A stretch of DNA of 64,000 nt from Botryllus schlosseri (lineage: Eukaryota), in NCBI GenBank assembly GCA_051294905.1, contig CM119372.1, forward strand, positions 22,880,001-22,944,000, in the 5' to 3' direction. The translations under genes and the position numbers were made by a program. Positions 40,736 to 53,763 of the stretch are shown here, one piece after another (position 1 is the stretch's first letter; every line of letters starts with the position of its first letter). The notes beneath the pieces are model-generated. The model was not told the DNA's origin and did not search any database. It worked only from the letters and a program-made list of their open reading frames with translations.

Positions 40736-42617
40736 CATCCTCCTATCTGTTCATGACATCGCATTGTGTCTTATCGCATTGTACATTGTGTGTGACTTGT
40801 TCAGATTAAAAATATTACCCAACGATATTATTATTATTATATTACCATCACAATGAAAACATAGCGCAACGAAATAGTTTTGGTTGAGAAATATGAAATA
40901 TTTCGGATCAAGTCCAATTGATGTCATCATGTTCCCTGTGACCACAAAAAGTAGGCGCTGCTCGAATACTCGATTTAACCCAGTCGTATAATGGCTATTA
41001 AAGAGTAGCGACTGACAAAAGACGTTATAAGAACATCCAGGTTAGAGTATACGTTCGGATGGGTTTCGTTTCTAATGTGTAAATTTCCTGCACTTATCTG
41101 TAAGTAAATAGAACTATGTAACATAAACGATTTTTATGGAGTTGTGATGCCACACAGTTGTTATAGCTGCTTAGCTGTTACATCTCATCATTGATATAGT
41201 TCATCGTGGCAATGCTCGTGGAAAAATCATGACCGTTGGATGCATGGTCTTGGAATTCAAAACCCTGACTATAATTGAACTATACTTTGGCATTTCGCCA
41301 AACAGCTTGTAATTTCACAGGTACAAGACACATAATTTACAATGGGGTACGCGCGTCGCAATGACTAGATATGTGCAACTGTGCAGTCTATCAGCCAAAC
41401 ATCCACCTTAGCCTACTGTTATATTAGTATTATATTAACGCGTGACATAGTAGTGACGTTTATAGTGTCCAACTGTCCATATAGACTCTGTTATACGACG
41501 CCCAATTAATTGCTCTCTCGTTCTTTTTCGCCACACATGAGTTCTACATCGGGCCTTTCTCTGGGATTGTTGTAGAATTCTTTCTTAACAGTGAAGGCCC
41601 ACTTGAGACCGACAAATATTTTGATGGTCTCGTGTTCAACTAGAGGGGTGGGTATACTGGGATGATGAGTTGTTAAGAATAGCCGCGGTGGCATGATCAA
41701 ATAGTAATAAATTTCGAAGACTGATTGCATATATACCTTCAGAGCGAGATGGTACGTGACATTTTGGCCTAAATCAACTTGGCTCCTTGCCGGCAAATCT
41801 GATATTACAAAGCCCCTGTGTAATTCTGAAATAAAGAAACATATAGGGCATTGTTTGAACGATCGTATAATGCTGCGATTGAAATCTCCAGAAATAACAA
41901 TAAAGTGCGTCTGTACTTCGTGAACGATATTTTCTATTCACGATAATGATAATGCGAGGAATCTCCACTAAAATTTACTTCGCCAGTCGCCTGATGAATA
42001 ATACATCCAAACGAAAATCTGTAAATGTGACTATTATAACTGCAATGAGTGTTAGCAGTATTCATGGTTTCTACGTTATATTTCACACCAAGATAAAAAT
42101 TTCAATTAGATCAATTTTTTTCTAAATATTAGGGCGGCTACCCAGGGCTCTGTGACGCAATTGATTGACGCGTTCGGTTGCTAGCTGAAATGTTTGTGGT
42201 GTGTTCCCAAGCAGAGATGCCATTTCCATATTTATTCGCTAAAACCATTGTTATATTTATAGCATGGAAGATTTATGCTTGGAGACATGCAACAAGCAAA
42301 TCATAGGCTGATTCTGAGTACCGATGAATTACTACACATACTTGTTCTTACAATACATATTTTGACCCGTTTCGACCTATAATCGCATCTCTCGTCATTC
42401 GTATACACGTGATATTATATGGTTTGGCGTGACGATAAAGAAACATGATAAGGCGATAGTGATAAGAATTCCCGCTTAGCAACGTAATATTTTGTCAATC
42501 AGTAACTACCGATTTCAAATTACATAAAGTTTGACTTTATATTAGGCCTACATATAATGCACAATGCACATATTATATTGAACACCAGCAGTTCTGCTTA
42601 TGCCAGAGGTTCTTGGA

Positions 42618-43371
42618 CAGTGGTTCTTGACTTGTTTCCTGCAGCGACCCCTTTCGAAAATTGCCTGGGTATAGCGCCCATCCCCCCGTATTTTAAGGAC
42701 GGTAGTAAAAACACGGGGTAAGAGTTCGAAGCCCGGTCGATCTTTTAGGGTTGGGACTTTGCTATTGAAAATAGCTTGAATTGCGGACGAAGACCACTCG
42801 ACTAATTAATGCTATGATAATTGTATGTACTATATTCGAGATCAAATCAAGGTTGTCATAACAACCATCGCGTTGTTCATACCGTCTGGTCAATTATCTT
42901 TAACGTTATTGTATTCCAAAAAAGCAATCCATATTATATAACGTTCATGTAAGATTGCGGATCACATGCAGCACTAAACAGTATCATCCTTTATGATACG
43001 ATGAATAAATATTCTGAAGATTTAATTTTGTAGCTCTCAAATACAAATATATTTGATTAATAATTTCTACCAAAAAGCCTCAAAGCATCTTTTGTACAAA
43101 GGGCTTTCACTCTCGCTTTTCAAAGTGGTACAGTACCTCTGCATTCGACTTCGACGCGCTGTTCAGTGCGGAATAAAATACTCAAGGATATATAGAACTG
43201 TTGTTTTACTATGTCCCTATACTGCACCCTCTACTGCGAAACCATTTTTCTTCAGCACGCCATATACCGGCCCACTGAGCCCAGCGCCCTCATATCGCCC
43301 CTGAGCGTTTCCGGTCCTTCAAAATCCAAAACGCCCTTTGGGGGCGCTGGTGACAAGATTAAGAAACAATG
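42618..43371. mobile_element. Degenerate hAT-type element with the same termini as 23745-25495
   Basis: Left end cagtggttcttgac; right ~200 bp matches 25330-25495; interior differs. Confidence 0.65.
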
Positions 43372-44854
43372 TTCGGATGGGTAAATTGCTACTTTCTGGG
43401 AGGTAGATTTAGCAGTACAGTTCTAAACACGATATAATAAACTACGAAAATGTTGTTTCACAGGTGACTAAAAACGATTAAAGCAGTGTTACACTCCCGT
43501 GAAACTCCAGTTTTACTTCCCCATCCCACTGTTAACTCTTTCCCATTTGCGCAACCCAAGGTTTCTCTTTTGTATGAAAAAGCATAACCCTAAATTAATT
43601 CGGTTGAAAATATAGGCAATGGATTTTAGGAAACTTGCAGAGCAGAGCTAATACCTATAGCAAAACAGCTATATAGGACGATGTTGATTAAAAACGGCAT
43701 TTATGCAAAATATAAATTTTCAATTACAAAACGAGAAGAGTTTTAAGTTAAAATGAAATCGGCCTGCTAGTACCCACGGATTTCTATATCTGCTCTGTTT
43801 TCATACTCTGGTTACTCGTCCCCTTATCGGTGTGGCAGTGACTTCTCTACAATGTCGACCATCACATTTACAGCTCCAAATCGATACCACATCGAATCCC
43901 ACGGTCGCTGTGCATTATCCACTGTTGAACGCCCAAAATCGATGACAACCGTTTCATTAAATAAAATAAAGTAGTATTTCGCGCAATTCGTTTTGTTCTA
44001 ATTGGTAGGTGGATTTATTCACCACTTCAGCCAAAGATGTAAAATATGGGGAAAACAGGCTTAGATCTATCCCGAAACATCGTGGATGACCGTCCCCGTA
44101 ACGGTATGTTATTGCTTCATACGAATTCTGGTCCACCTTAAAATAAAGTAATTGTACACAGCAACGATATGCCATTTGGAATATTTTCACCATCTCAAGT
44201 CGAATTATATAGTTCAACTGTGCGATTCCCCGCGTTCGGTACAAAACGTCAGATCAAAACCAATCCTCCCTTGTTCCCCTGTAGAAACTCAACCATAAAA
44301 ATGACTTTCTAAAAATGTCGAGGAAATACACATATAGGAATGAGGAAGCAATACATTTTATTTTTTGCACCATCATGATGCATGTGTTCGTGAGCTCATG
44401 ACGCGAATGACAGTGAGCATTAGCACACGCACGGCTTGTCGCGTTGATCACAGCACCGCGTCTCTTGTGTGGTGGGTTCAAAATCCTCCTTATAAGGTGA
44501 AAATATGAAGGACATTACTTTACGAAATCATCGCCTTGGCGATTTAGTTTAGAATTTAGATGTATAGTTGTATACGAAACCGATACAAACGCAAGAAACA
44601 TTTCGTTCAGAACAACAGTACGCGTGGTTATAGCCAGGACAAAAGGTAGCTTACTCTGGCCCTAATAAAATGTGATTATGGAACTTTGACGTCATCACGG
44701 CTATGCCTGTGTCATTGAATAGCCTACATTTGTTTCAGATATACACGGTATTTGGAACTACGGTGTAGGCTATGTTCGTGACGTCATGATATCGCGATCG
44801 CACTCCCGACTAACTTGTCTTTCCGAAGCTTGATCATCCTTATTGTGGTATATA

Positions 44855-46146
44855 CATCGGTGGTCAGTAACGAAGTACTTCTACTTTTTGGAAGTACTCA
44901 AGTAGTTTTCCTCTACTTCTGTTACTTACTCAAGTAGATCTGATTTTCTCTACTTCTACTTCTACTTCGTAATATTTTGTCATCTACTTACTTACTTTTC
45001 GCTATTTTTAGTTTGTCAAGTAGAAGTAGTTTAATCCGACTATACGGAAGATAGCCTGAGGAATTTCGGGGCTGTTTTCATGGAGTACCAACATTTAATA
45101 TTTATAAAAGTCAAGTAAAGCCCAGAAATTTTTTTGCATTTCGCTCACAGTAGTTATGGAGTGACAAATTTATTTTCGCGAAAGTATCATTGAATATGAT
45201 TTTTAAGTAGCGGATTGCTTGGTTCCGCTCACACTGCATTGTCGCTCATACCAAATATTTCATCACAGTAAATATGACCAGATATAACGTTTGAAACTAC
45301 CGTTTCGATTCGCAATCTAGCAATTACCTATCATATCGTAATCTAGCAGCCCATAACGTGTCTTGCTAGTCTGGAAAATACAGCTTTTTTGAATGTTAGA
45401 CCTGTTTTAGCAGATCGCCTTTGAAGCTTTATGGACAAAAGACATGAAATATATTTTCCTCATTTGAGAAGTGGTATTTGTATTTCACTTTCAATTGCGA
45501 GTATCATACTTTGAGTCTTAATTACTTTCAGTTCTTTTGTCTGCAGAACATGCATGTTGAAGCATAAAAGCAAGTGTAGTAATGCCTCTATTTTCCGAAA
45601 ATAAAGCAACACTAAATATAACTTTTACGACCAACAACATTTGGTATTAACGTACACTAATCGTGCAAAGTGATGAAACCGTATCCGATACAACTTCTAC
45701 GTATTGCTCTTCGCCTAAACCTGGGGCCTTATCATGTGGGGTAGAGGGCGCCATGCCATGATATTCTCTAAAATGGGGTCTTCTAGTAAATAAAGGGTCA
45801 GTATCGCATTTTCATATCAATACTATAATTTGCATCCCATGATGCGAAAGAATGCTTATTCTGTCAAAAATTGATACCTCCTGGGATGCATCAATACGAA
45901 TCAAGCTCTTTCTCACCTTCTGCATAGCTCAATTCGCAGCTTTTGACACTCCATACGAACGAATTAAGACTGTTTTCAAAACTACTTACTTACTTGAGTA
46001 GATTTAAAGTCAGTCAATTCTACTTCTACTTCAAGTAGTTTAGGTGTCTGATTGAAGAAGTACTTCTACTCGTACTTGAGTAGATTTTTTCGTCGCTACT
46101 TCTACTTCTACTTAAGTAGCTTTCTTGACTACTTTGACCACCTCTG
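44855..46146. mobile_element. hAT-type element with AGTA/TACT repeats (uninterrupted copy)
   Basis: TIR catcggtggtca / tgaccacctctg; perfect TSD ggtatata (44847-44854, 46147-46154). Confidence 0.9.
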
Positions 46147-48172
46147 GGTATATATCATGAATATATCGAATGCATAAGTTTACATTGTACATGCTCTTAT
46201 CGTGCAAATGGAGAAAACCCTTTCTTTGTTCGAGAAAACTCAACTGTGATTTCAATCGGATCCTGTTTACTGATGCCTTTCCGGCCCCTCACCCACTGAA
46301 AATAACCACCATAACCCTATTCTAGGCTAATTTCATATTACTGAACTTGAAATGAACTTGACATTGGTTCAGGAGAATAGGTTTTCTGTTTGAGACGTAT
46401 TATATAATTTTAAGACGAACCTTGATTTAGATATGAAACACGAATTTTACGAAGTTGCCCTGATTTGTATGTGTTTTGGATAAACTATAATTGCGAGAAT
46501 TAATTTGAATTTGGATATCAAAACTTTTCATGAGCAACACTTGGCAAGCACTTGGATAATTGATAAATAATTTGATTATCATAGAGATGGTGCTGAACCT
46601 TGGAGAGGTTAGGTGTAGCGTGAACACACGAAGAGGCCTATTCGTCTTCAGCTTAAGTACTGCAAGAATCAGCTATTTTCATATTGTACAAAAAGCAATA
46701 TTTGAAAATTAATTGACTATTCGACAAAATCCAACAAACACTAATGATGATAATGATTACATTCACGACAATATAAATATGTGTACGTGTTCGTGTCTGC
46801 TGGAAGATTATTCTTTAACGAGCAGTATCATATGAATAGTGAACCAGTTATGCACCTTCAGCTATACGATAACTCTTTACTTAGAGATGGTGTTGTTCCT
46901 TGCCAATCAAATGACATTTTGTAGCACGAAAGTTATTCTGTGTCATCACAGTGGACACTGGACAGCAAGAGCGTACCAAAGAACATATGTTTTGTCTCAG
47001 TGGCTCACAACCAAACCACTAGGGGACGACCCCCCCCCCCATTCCACTGATACTTAATAATCCGAGTTGGTCGTTATGATGTGACAGTGTGTTTGTGTTT
47101 TATTGTGTATAAAAATAGTCTGTCTGGGAATGGGATCGCAAGGTATAATCGACATGTCATATAGGATGCCGTCAATCTGTACCACATGTGGTTAGGTACA
47201 TCTGTACGGTTCGAATTGATATGTCGAAATGATTTCGGTTTTCTTGTAAGTGCACTAATTGATTGATCAACTCCGTATCTTACCCAAAACTTCCGCCGAT
47301 GCATCGTTAATTATCGTAGGACTACCATATTTTTGGATCGGGAAAAAAGGACACATTTTACAAATACCAAAAGTTGGATTACCGGACTAGAAAACGGCTG
47401 ATCATAACAATTTTACGGGAAATCTTCATGTCTTGACTAAAATAAGGTCATTTCCCAGTCCCACTACCGAAAGATCCGCTCGAACATCCACATTACAGAT
47501 TTTGCATCATCTACTACGTTTTTTAGTTGTGCGTGTCCGTTGGCGTGGCTGTCAAAGCTACAAAGGAGGACGAATTCACAAAAAGGAGGACATCTATGCA
47601 TCCTCTGGGGACATACTAGTTCCGCCCCAGCGAACCCTTGTCATTTGTCTTCCCTATAGCGAAAATCTCCTATGCATATGCCCAGACCTTCCATAGCCAT
47701 TACAAATGTACGGATAATGTTTTTTCGGGACTTGGATTCGATCCGGTTCGATAAAACGAAATCTTGATCCAATCGCGATCCTGTTGCCGTTTACAATCCG
47801 GATTCAAAATGATCCTGCGAGCGGCAAGCATCTGTTTCCACCCGACGTCGAAGGAGGTGGTCAGTGACGAAGTACTTCCACTTTTCAGAGTATACTCGAG
47901 TATGTTTCGCATACTTAAATGCCACTTCCAAAGTAGTTCCAAAGTACCACTTCCAATTCTATTTAGGTAATCTAGCAGGTTTTTCCAAATTGGTCAACTT
48001 TGTTCATCACTTTAGTCTAGAAATTTCAAATCCTCACCTGATCTGGATCCGGCTCTCGGGTGAAAAATGGGGACCGGATCCAATCATGTTTCGAAAAAGT
48101 TTTCGAATTTCTGCCTGTTTGAATCCAAAATCCGGATCCTGTGCATCTCTAATAGCCATATAATCTCAAAAC

Positions 48173-48564
48173 CAGTAGTTCCCAACCTTTGCCGGCTCAT
48201 CGCCCCCTTATCAAGCTCGACATATATTCATCATCACCCATATTTTCGGAACAGTGACAGGGGACTTATGAAGAGAAAATTTATACAGTTAACTCTGATC
48301 GTTGATAAATTCACTAAAAAAGGGTCAACTTTTCGCGGCGAACCCGGTGTCTCAGAATAGATTGTGTCGATTTGACCTTATTTATTCTTTCGTCAACTTT
48401 CGCGGCAGTTCCTGAATAACCCGTTGTAACATGTTCTACCCCTATCGCCAACTTCATATGTTTTTGCCCCCAATCGCCTCTTCGTTATTTTCGCCCCCCT
48501 TATTTCTCAAAATCGCCCACTAAGGGGGAAGGGAGGCAATATCGCCTACGTTGGAAACCACTTG
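48173..48564. mobile_element. Degenerate hAT-type MITE with cgccc repeats
   Basis: Termini cagtagttcccaacc / gttggaaaccact. Confidence 0.55.
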
Positions 48565-48977
48565 TTTAGATAGTCTATACACAGACACGCGCAGATGTGG
48601 AGTTGTTACAATTTGTAATGTCGCAAGTTCCTTATTCAAGAGCCAAATCAATATTCCTCATGTCAATAAATTTCGTCTAAATAAATTCACCAATTTTCCA
48701 CAAATTGTGGCACCGACAGTGGAAGTTATTCAATTCAAAAATATGTTGTGAGGACTGAGGAGTGTGTTTTAGGGAGCTGAAATATTCTCAGGCAGAATTG
48801 GTCGTTATCACTTACGTTACCAACAAACGTATTGCCATGGTTCGACAGTTTCCGGATTTTCTGAAATCTATTCAATTAGAATTAAAATCCCATTGGAACG
48901 CTAATTTTACGGAAGAGTCTTCGGTACCGATAAGGGTGTGTTGATATGTCTAGCAAATTTGAATATGGGTAAAATGG

Positions 48978-49050
48978 CATCTCCGCCGGGACTCGAACCC
49001 GGAACCTCTGGATTAGAAGTCCAGCGCGCTATCCATTGCGCTACGGAGAC
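48978..49050 (-). tRNA. tRNA-Arg(TCT), intronless, copy 1
   Basis: GTCTCCGTAGCGCAATGGATAGCGCGCTGGACTTCTAATCCAGAGGTTCCGGGTTCGAGTCCCGGCGGAGATG; 73 nt, intact cloverleaf, followed by CCA-TTTT. Confidence 0.96.
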
Positions 49051-49505
49051 CACAGATTGGCCCGCCTCTGACCCCACTTCATCACATTCATTGTTCGCAG
49101 CCTCTGTCGTCTGTTGGGGTTGAGCTGTCTCATATATGCCGGTATCATGAGATATATAATTGAAATCTTTCCGTTGTCGCCGTGCAGGGCTGTAACCAAG
49201 TCCCAATGCTCCAAGTCTCAAGTCAATCTCACTTTTATAGTTTTGACTCGAGTCAGGTCGAGTCACGTACTACCGTATTTTGAGAAAATGACTCGAGTCG
49301 CACTCGCGATATAATTCTGAGTTTTGTGTACCGTCCTTATCGACTCTTTAGGTTTGAATAAACTTTTTTCGCTATGAGTTCGCCATAATTAATATGCATG
49401 CAATAATAAGCAATTGCGGCATGCAAAGCAGCCATGGAGAATTTGAAAACAGTATCGGTAGAATAATTTACGGGGTTAACTTCCGATGTGCAGGTATGTC
49501 TAGCA

Positions 49506-50630
49506 CAGGGGTGGGCAAACTACGGCCCGCGGGCCGCATGCGGCCCGCCACGCCGTTCTGTGCGGCCCGCGAGAGTCTAAAAAAACTTTTTAAAAATTTT
49601 GATAAAATGCGTACTAAAAATCGAAATAATGCAGGGACTTGATTAACTTTTTTTAGTATATTTAAACTTGATAATTCTAAGACAGTGGTTTTCAAACTGG
49701 TGGGCGTGCCCCCCTTGGGGGCGTGAAAGCATCTGAAGCGTGGCGCGAAGCTGAGCTCAACTGAAAAAATTTTTCGCGCTCCGCGCGATTTTCATCCGAT
49801 TCATAGTTATTGCTTTGTATTTAGTCTGAATTACATATTTAAATATCTCTCATCCACAGTCGTAACATTCCATGCCATCAAACTACCCCTTAGGTTGGCT
49901 AGCATCCTGGGTGCGTTTTGTGATATGACGATAAGGGGGCACGAAATCTTTGACCATCATAAGGGGGCGGGACGTGTCTTAAAAAGTTTGAGAACAACTG
50001 ATCCAAGGTAAATACTTGATATCATAGCGGGATCTGCAACGAGATTGACATAATTTGGATCACCAGTGGGATTTCAGATTGGCCACTTCATTTTCATTTT
50101 TAATTAATTCAGTGATGTGCTTATAAAAAAACGATTCGGGCGTGTCTTAGGTGGATTCGTTGTCTATATGCGCAGGATGGTGGTATTTATATTTTATCTA
50201 CACATAATAGTAGACGCGTGTTTGAATCTAACATGGTTATGATGCTGTCAGCATTGTGTGTCCTGGAACTGAGCCAAAAGTGGAATTACTAAATCTATGA
50301 ACAGAGCGCTGCTCACAGATTTATATTTCAATCCTGTTCTAAGAATCGGGTCAACCGACTTTCATCTCTGTAGTTTTGACAATGGTTATGGTTATTGAGG
50401 TCCGCCAGCCTATGAAATCTCGACACTATATGTTTCAGGCGCGTGTTAGATATAATCAAAGCAATATTTGGCTTGTTTTAAATAGCACATATATTGTCTT
50501 CATGTCCTCACTATATAATCAAATATCAATATTGCGTTTTGGTTTATAATCCCAATTTTATATAGTGCGGCCCGCGAATGAATTCATATGTTGAATGCGG
50601 CCCGCGAGCTCAAAAGTTTGCCCACCCCTG
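49506..50630. mobile_element. hAT (Buster/Charlie-like) MITE with a nested MITE at 49683-50000
   Basis: TIR caggggtgggcaaact / agtttgcccacccctg; perfect TSD gtctagca (49498-49505, 50631-50638); gcggcccgc repeats; inner TIR cagtggttttcaaact / agtttgagaacaactg. Confidence 0.92.
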
Positions 50631-50660
50631 GTCTAGCACATTTGAATATACACAAAATAA

Positions 50661-50733
50661 CATCTCCGCCGGGACTCGAACCCGGAACCTCTGGATTAGA
50701 AGTCCAGCGCGCTATCCATTGCGCTACGGAGAC
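50661..50733 (-). tRNA. tRNA-Arg(TCT), intronless, copy 2
   Basis: Identical 73-nt sequence to 48978-49050; followed by TTATTTT terminator. Confidence 0.96.
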
Positions 50734-51658
50734 CCTCGTGCGCCATACTGATACCGGTTGATTTCACATCGGAACCCAAAGCACATTTAAATAAACACGC
50801 CTGTCCTCGTCATCTAAAACTTACATATGTTCAGTTCGAATTGCATGAAAACACATCGCTCTATCCTGCAAGTGTGTCGATCTTGTCGGACCTCAAATGT
50901 GGAGCAGTATCTTGCCGGCTATCCGACAGTCGTCGAGCATGTTCACATTCAAGACGTAATACAGGCGGTTTCTATTCTGAATGAACTCGATACCGCCTAC
51001 CGACACATGCCACATTCATTTTCGTCGCTTGTCCTTCGGACTGTTGGGTTTTGGAAGAACGTGGATCTGTAAAAATCATGTGGCAACTTGTATTGAGCGC
51101 ACCGCGACAACACGAAGCTTGATTACTGCCGGTTTTATAACAAAGAGTTACCATGAAATGGAATCAGGAAAAAAGGACATTTTTTACAAATCCTAAAAGT
51201 CAGATTGCCGGACTAGAAAACTGCTGATTCTAAAATTTGTACTGGAAATCTTGTTGTGTTGACTTAAAAAAGGTTATTTTTCGAGTCCTACCCTCGAACG
51301 ATCCGCGTCATTCATGGCGTTTTCTGGCTGTCAAAGCTATAAAAGAGGACGGATGTCCATAAAGGAGGACATTTAGGCGTACTCGGAGGACATTTCCGGA
51401 AAAAGGAGGACAAATCCCCCTAAAGGAGGACATAAAACAGCACACCAGTTTTAACAGATAAAATATGGCTTAGGCGACGAATCTTTTGAAGTGATGTGAA
51501 GTGTCTTATCATTATAGTGATGTTACAAAGTGTACTTTGAGTCTATGCAGTTATTTATTTTAGGTCCATCTCTGTTACAACAATATCAACATTTGAAGAG
51601 CTTCTTGGAGGTACAGAACTTCAATATACAATTAAATAGTATATTCATATTGAAATGA

Positions 51659-51702
51659 ACCCGAATATTTTCGGCTGACACTCGTCAGGGGTAATCGTCA
51701 GC
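51659..51702 (-). ncRNA. Minimal type I hammerhead ribozyme motif, copy 4
   Basis: Same 44-nt motif as 38545-38588, on the minus strand. Confidence 0.8.
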
Positions 51703-51779
51703 AACTAGTAGAGAATTGGAAAGAACATTGTATATCAACATTGTTGATATACAATGTTCTTTCCAATTCTCTACTAGTT

Positions 51780-51823
51780 GCTGACGATTACCCCTGACGA
51801 GTGTCAGCCGAAAATATTCGGGT
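51780..51823 (+). ncRNA. Minimal type I hammerhead ribozyme motif, copy 5
   Basis: Same 44-nt motif as 38545-38588. Confidence 0.8.
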
Positions 51824-51914
51824 TCATTTCAATATGAATATACTATTTAATAATATCAACATTGTGTACCTTGGTCAATTCTTTATTTCCTGCTGCACAG
51901 ATCACACTGTCAAC

Positions 51915-53763
51915 CAGACATGGGGTGATTACTTCTTGAATGTAATCGATTACGATTACGATTACTTCTGAATCACGCGATTACGATTACGATTACGATT
52001 ACAGCAAAATCAGGAAGTAGTCGATTACGATTACGATTACATTGGAAAAGTAATCACGATTACATTTATTTTGCTTCTTAGAACTAATCTTATAAGATTT
52101 ATTGGAAGACAATATAAGGATTGCGATGAAAAGGCCTAACGAGATAAGAACTTTCTTTATAAATTACGTTTCGTTTGCTTGTTACGTCATAATGTACACA
52201 TTGCCCAACTTTATAGGGGACGATTTAACGCGACCAACGATTTGCATTATTGGCATGTCCATAACTGCTGCACCTCAAACTCCCCAATAGGGTGGCGAGC
52301 GACCTCAAATGGGACTTAAGAGTATTTCGTTAACCAATATAAATTTTCTGGAGATTTAATTAACTTGAAAATTTTCTTCGAGTTTCGCGATTTCAAATGT
52401 CTCTAGATAGTTTGATTTTGAAATGCATACCTCTCCCTCTCAAGAAAAAAAGCATGCACAATTTATAGGAATAGGCATCTCGGTGCCGGTCATTACCGCG
52501 ACAGGACACACTGAATGACTTATGCAGTTTCGGCCAACATGCGACTCCACGAAGTGTGCTACTAAAGAAAAACCTTGGCCGAAACTTAGAGTATGCGTCC
52601 ATTGTCAATAGCCGCGCTTGGTGGACCTGACTAATAGTCCTGTTCTTCCAATCTAAGCCCACAATGCGAATGCCACTGGGGCACCCACCGAAGACATGAG
52701 AAATAGCAAATTGTGTGTGCGTCTCACGAAGGTTTTAGTCTGCTACGTTTGGGCGACTGGACTACCTTTTGATTAGACCGTAGGTCATGAATCAGCAACA
52801 TACAATAAAGTAATTATAATAACATACCAGATGCTATAATTATGAATTACGTGTCCCCTGCTCTACAGGTAAATCTGAACAGCGGGGGCTGAAAGAGGAT
52901 TAAAAAGAATAGTGCTATAAAGCAATTGACTAATTGACTACCACGGGGCCCAAGACCAACATGTAGAGTGGGGGATGAATTGCTGTTTTGGTCCTGATTC
53001 TAGCTACAACCCACGCTAACATGATATATAAGCGAATGGCTATGGCGACAGGTCCACATTGTGAAATAACATTGTCGCCCGTTTCAAGTACAGAGCAGAT
53101 AAAGATAACATAAAATTATCCCTTCAACTTAATACAGATGCTGTAAGCTTCCGTTACGAGAAACGGCAAATAACGGCTCGGTTATAATATATATCAGCGG
53201 CTGTTCATTTTTAATGCTTCGTTTGTCCCAAACCTCCTGCTTGCCAAGCAGCAACGGTCAAACTGCGTTTACCTACGCATAGCCAAACATCAATACATAA
53301 GTTGGTATTTGAAACTGATGTGAGGTAGTGGCATCAGGAGGGTATTGATAACCTGATATACAGCACGGCGCGTGTTCTTACAATCACACTACACTACAGT
53401 GTTCATTGAAAATCTATTTACAATGTGAGGATTTACTTTTTACGCAATGCCGAGCAAAGCTAATACTTCTGACGTAATAATCAGCGATGGCGTTTGAAAA
53501 TCGGACGTTTGTGCTACACTAACCTGGTATAATATATCTTCCTTGTTCACGAATGTTAAGTTTATGTCATACTCGTTGTTCAAATAAAAAGTAATCGTTC
53601 TTTCACAAGGAAATCGATTAGATATGGAAAGTAGTCGATTACGATTAGGCCTACGATTACTTCAGATTATTTTCGAATGTAATCGATTGCGATTACGATT
53701 AGTTGAAAATGCTGTAATCGTCGTAATCGATTACGATTACTAATCGCGATTACCCCATGTCTG
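51915..53763. mobile_element. hAT-type element with GATTAC subterminal repeats
   Basis: TIR cagacatgggg / ccccatgtctg; perfect TSD ctgtcaac (51907-51914, 53764-53771); related fragments at 1-90 and 3560-3740. Confidence 0.9.

Larger units (their letters stand above)
51594..51851. mobile_element. Penelope terminal-repeat-only insertion forming a 110-bp-arm palindrome
   Basis: 51631-51740 and 51742-51851 are reverse complements around one base (51741); 12-bp TSD aatatcaacatt (51582-51593, 51852-51863). Confidence 0.9.

Noticed and set aside
41985..42033. Possible hammerhead (agtcgc-CTGATGA...GAAA...gtgact)
   Set aside because: No stem II pairing, no UH directly before the stem I partner, and single copy
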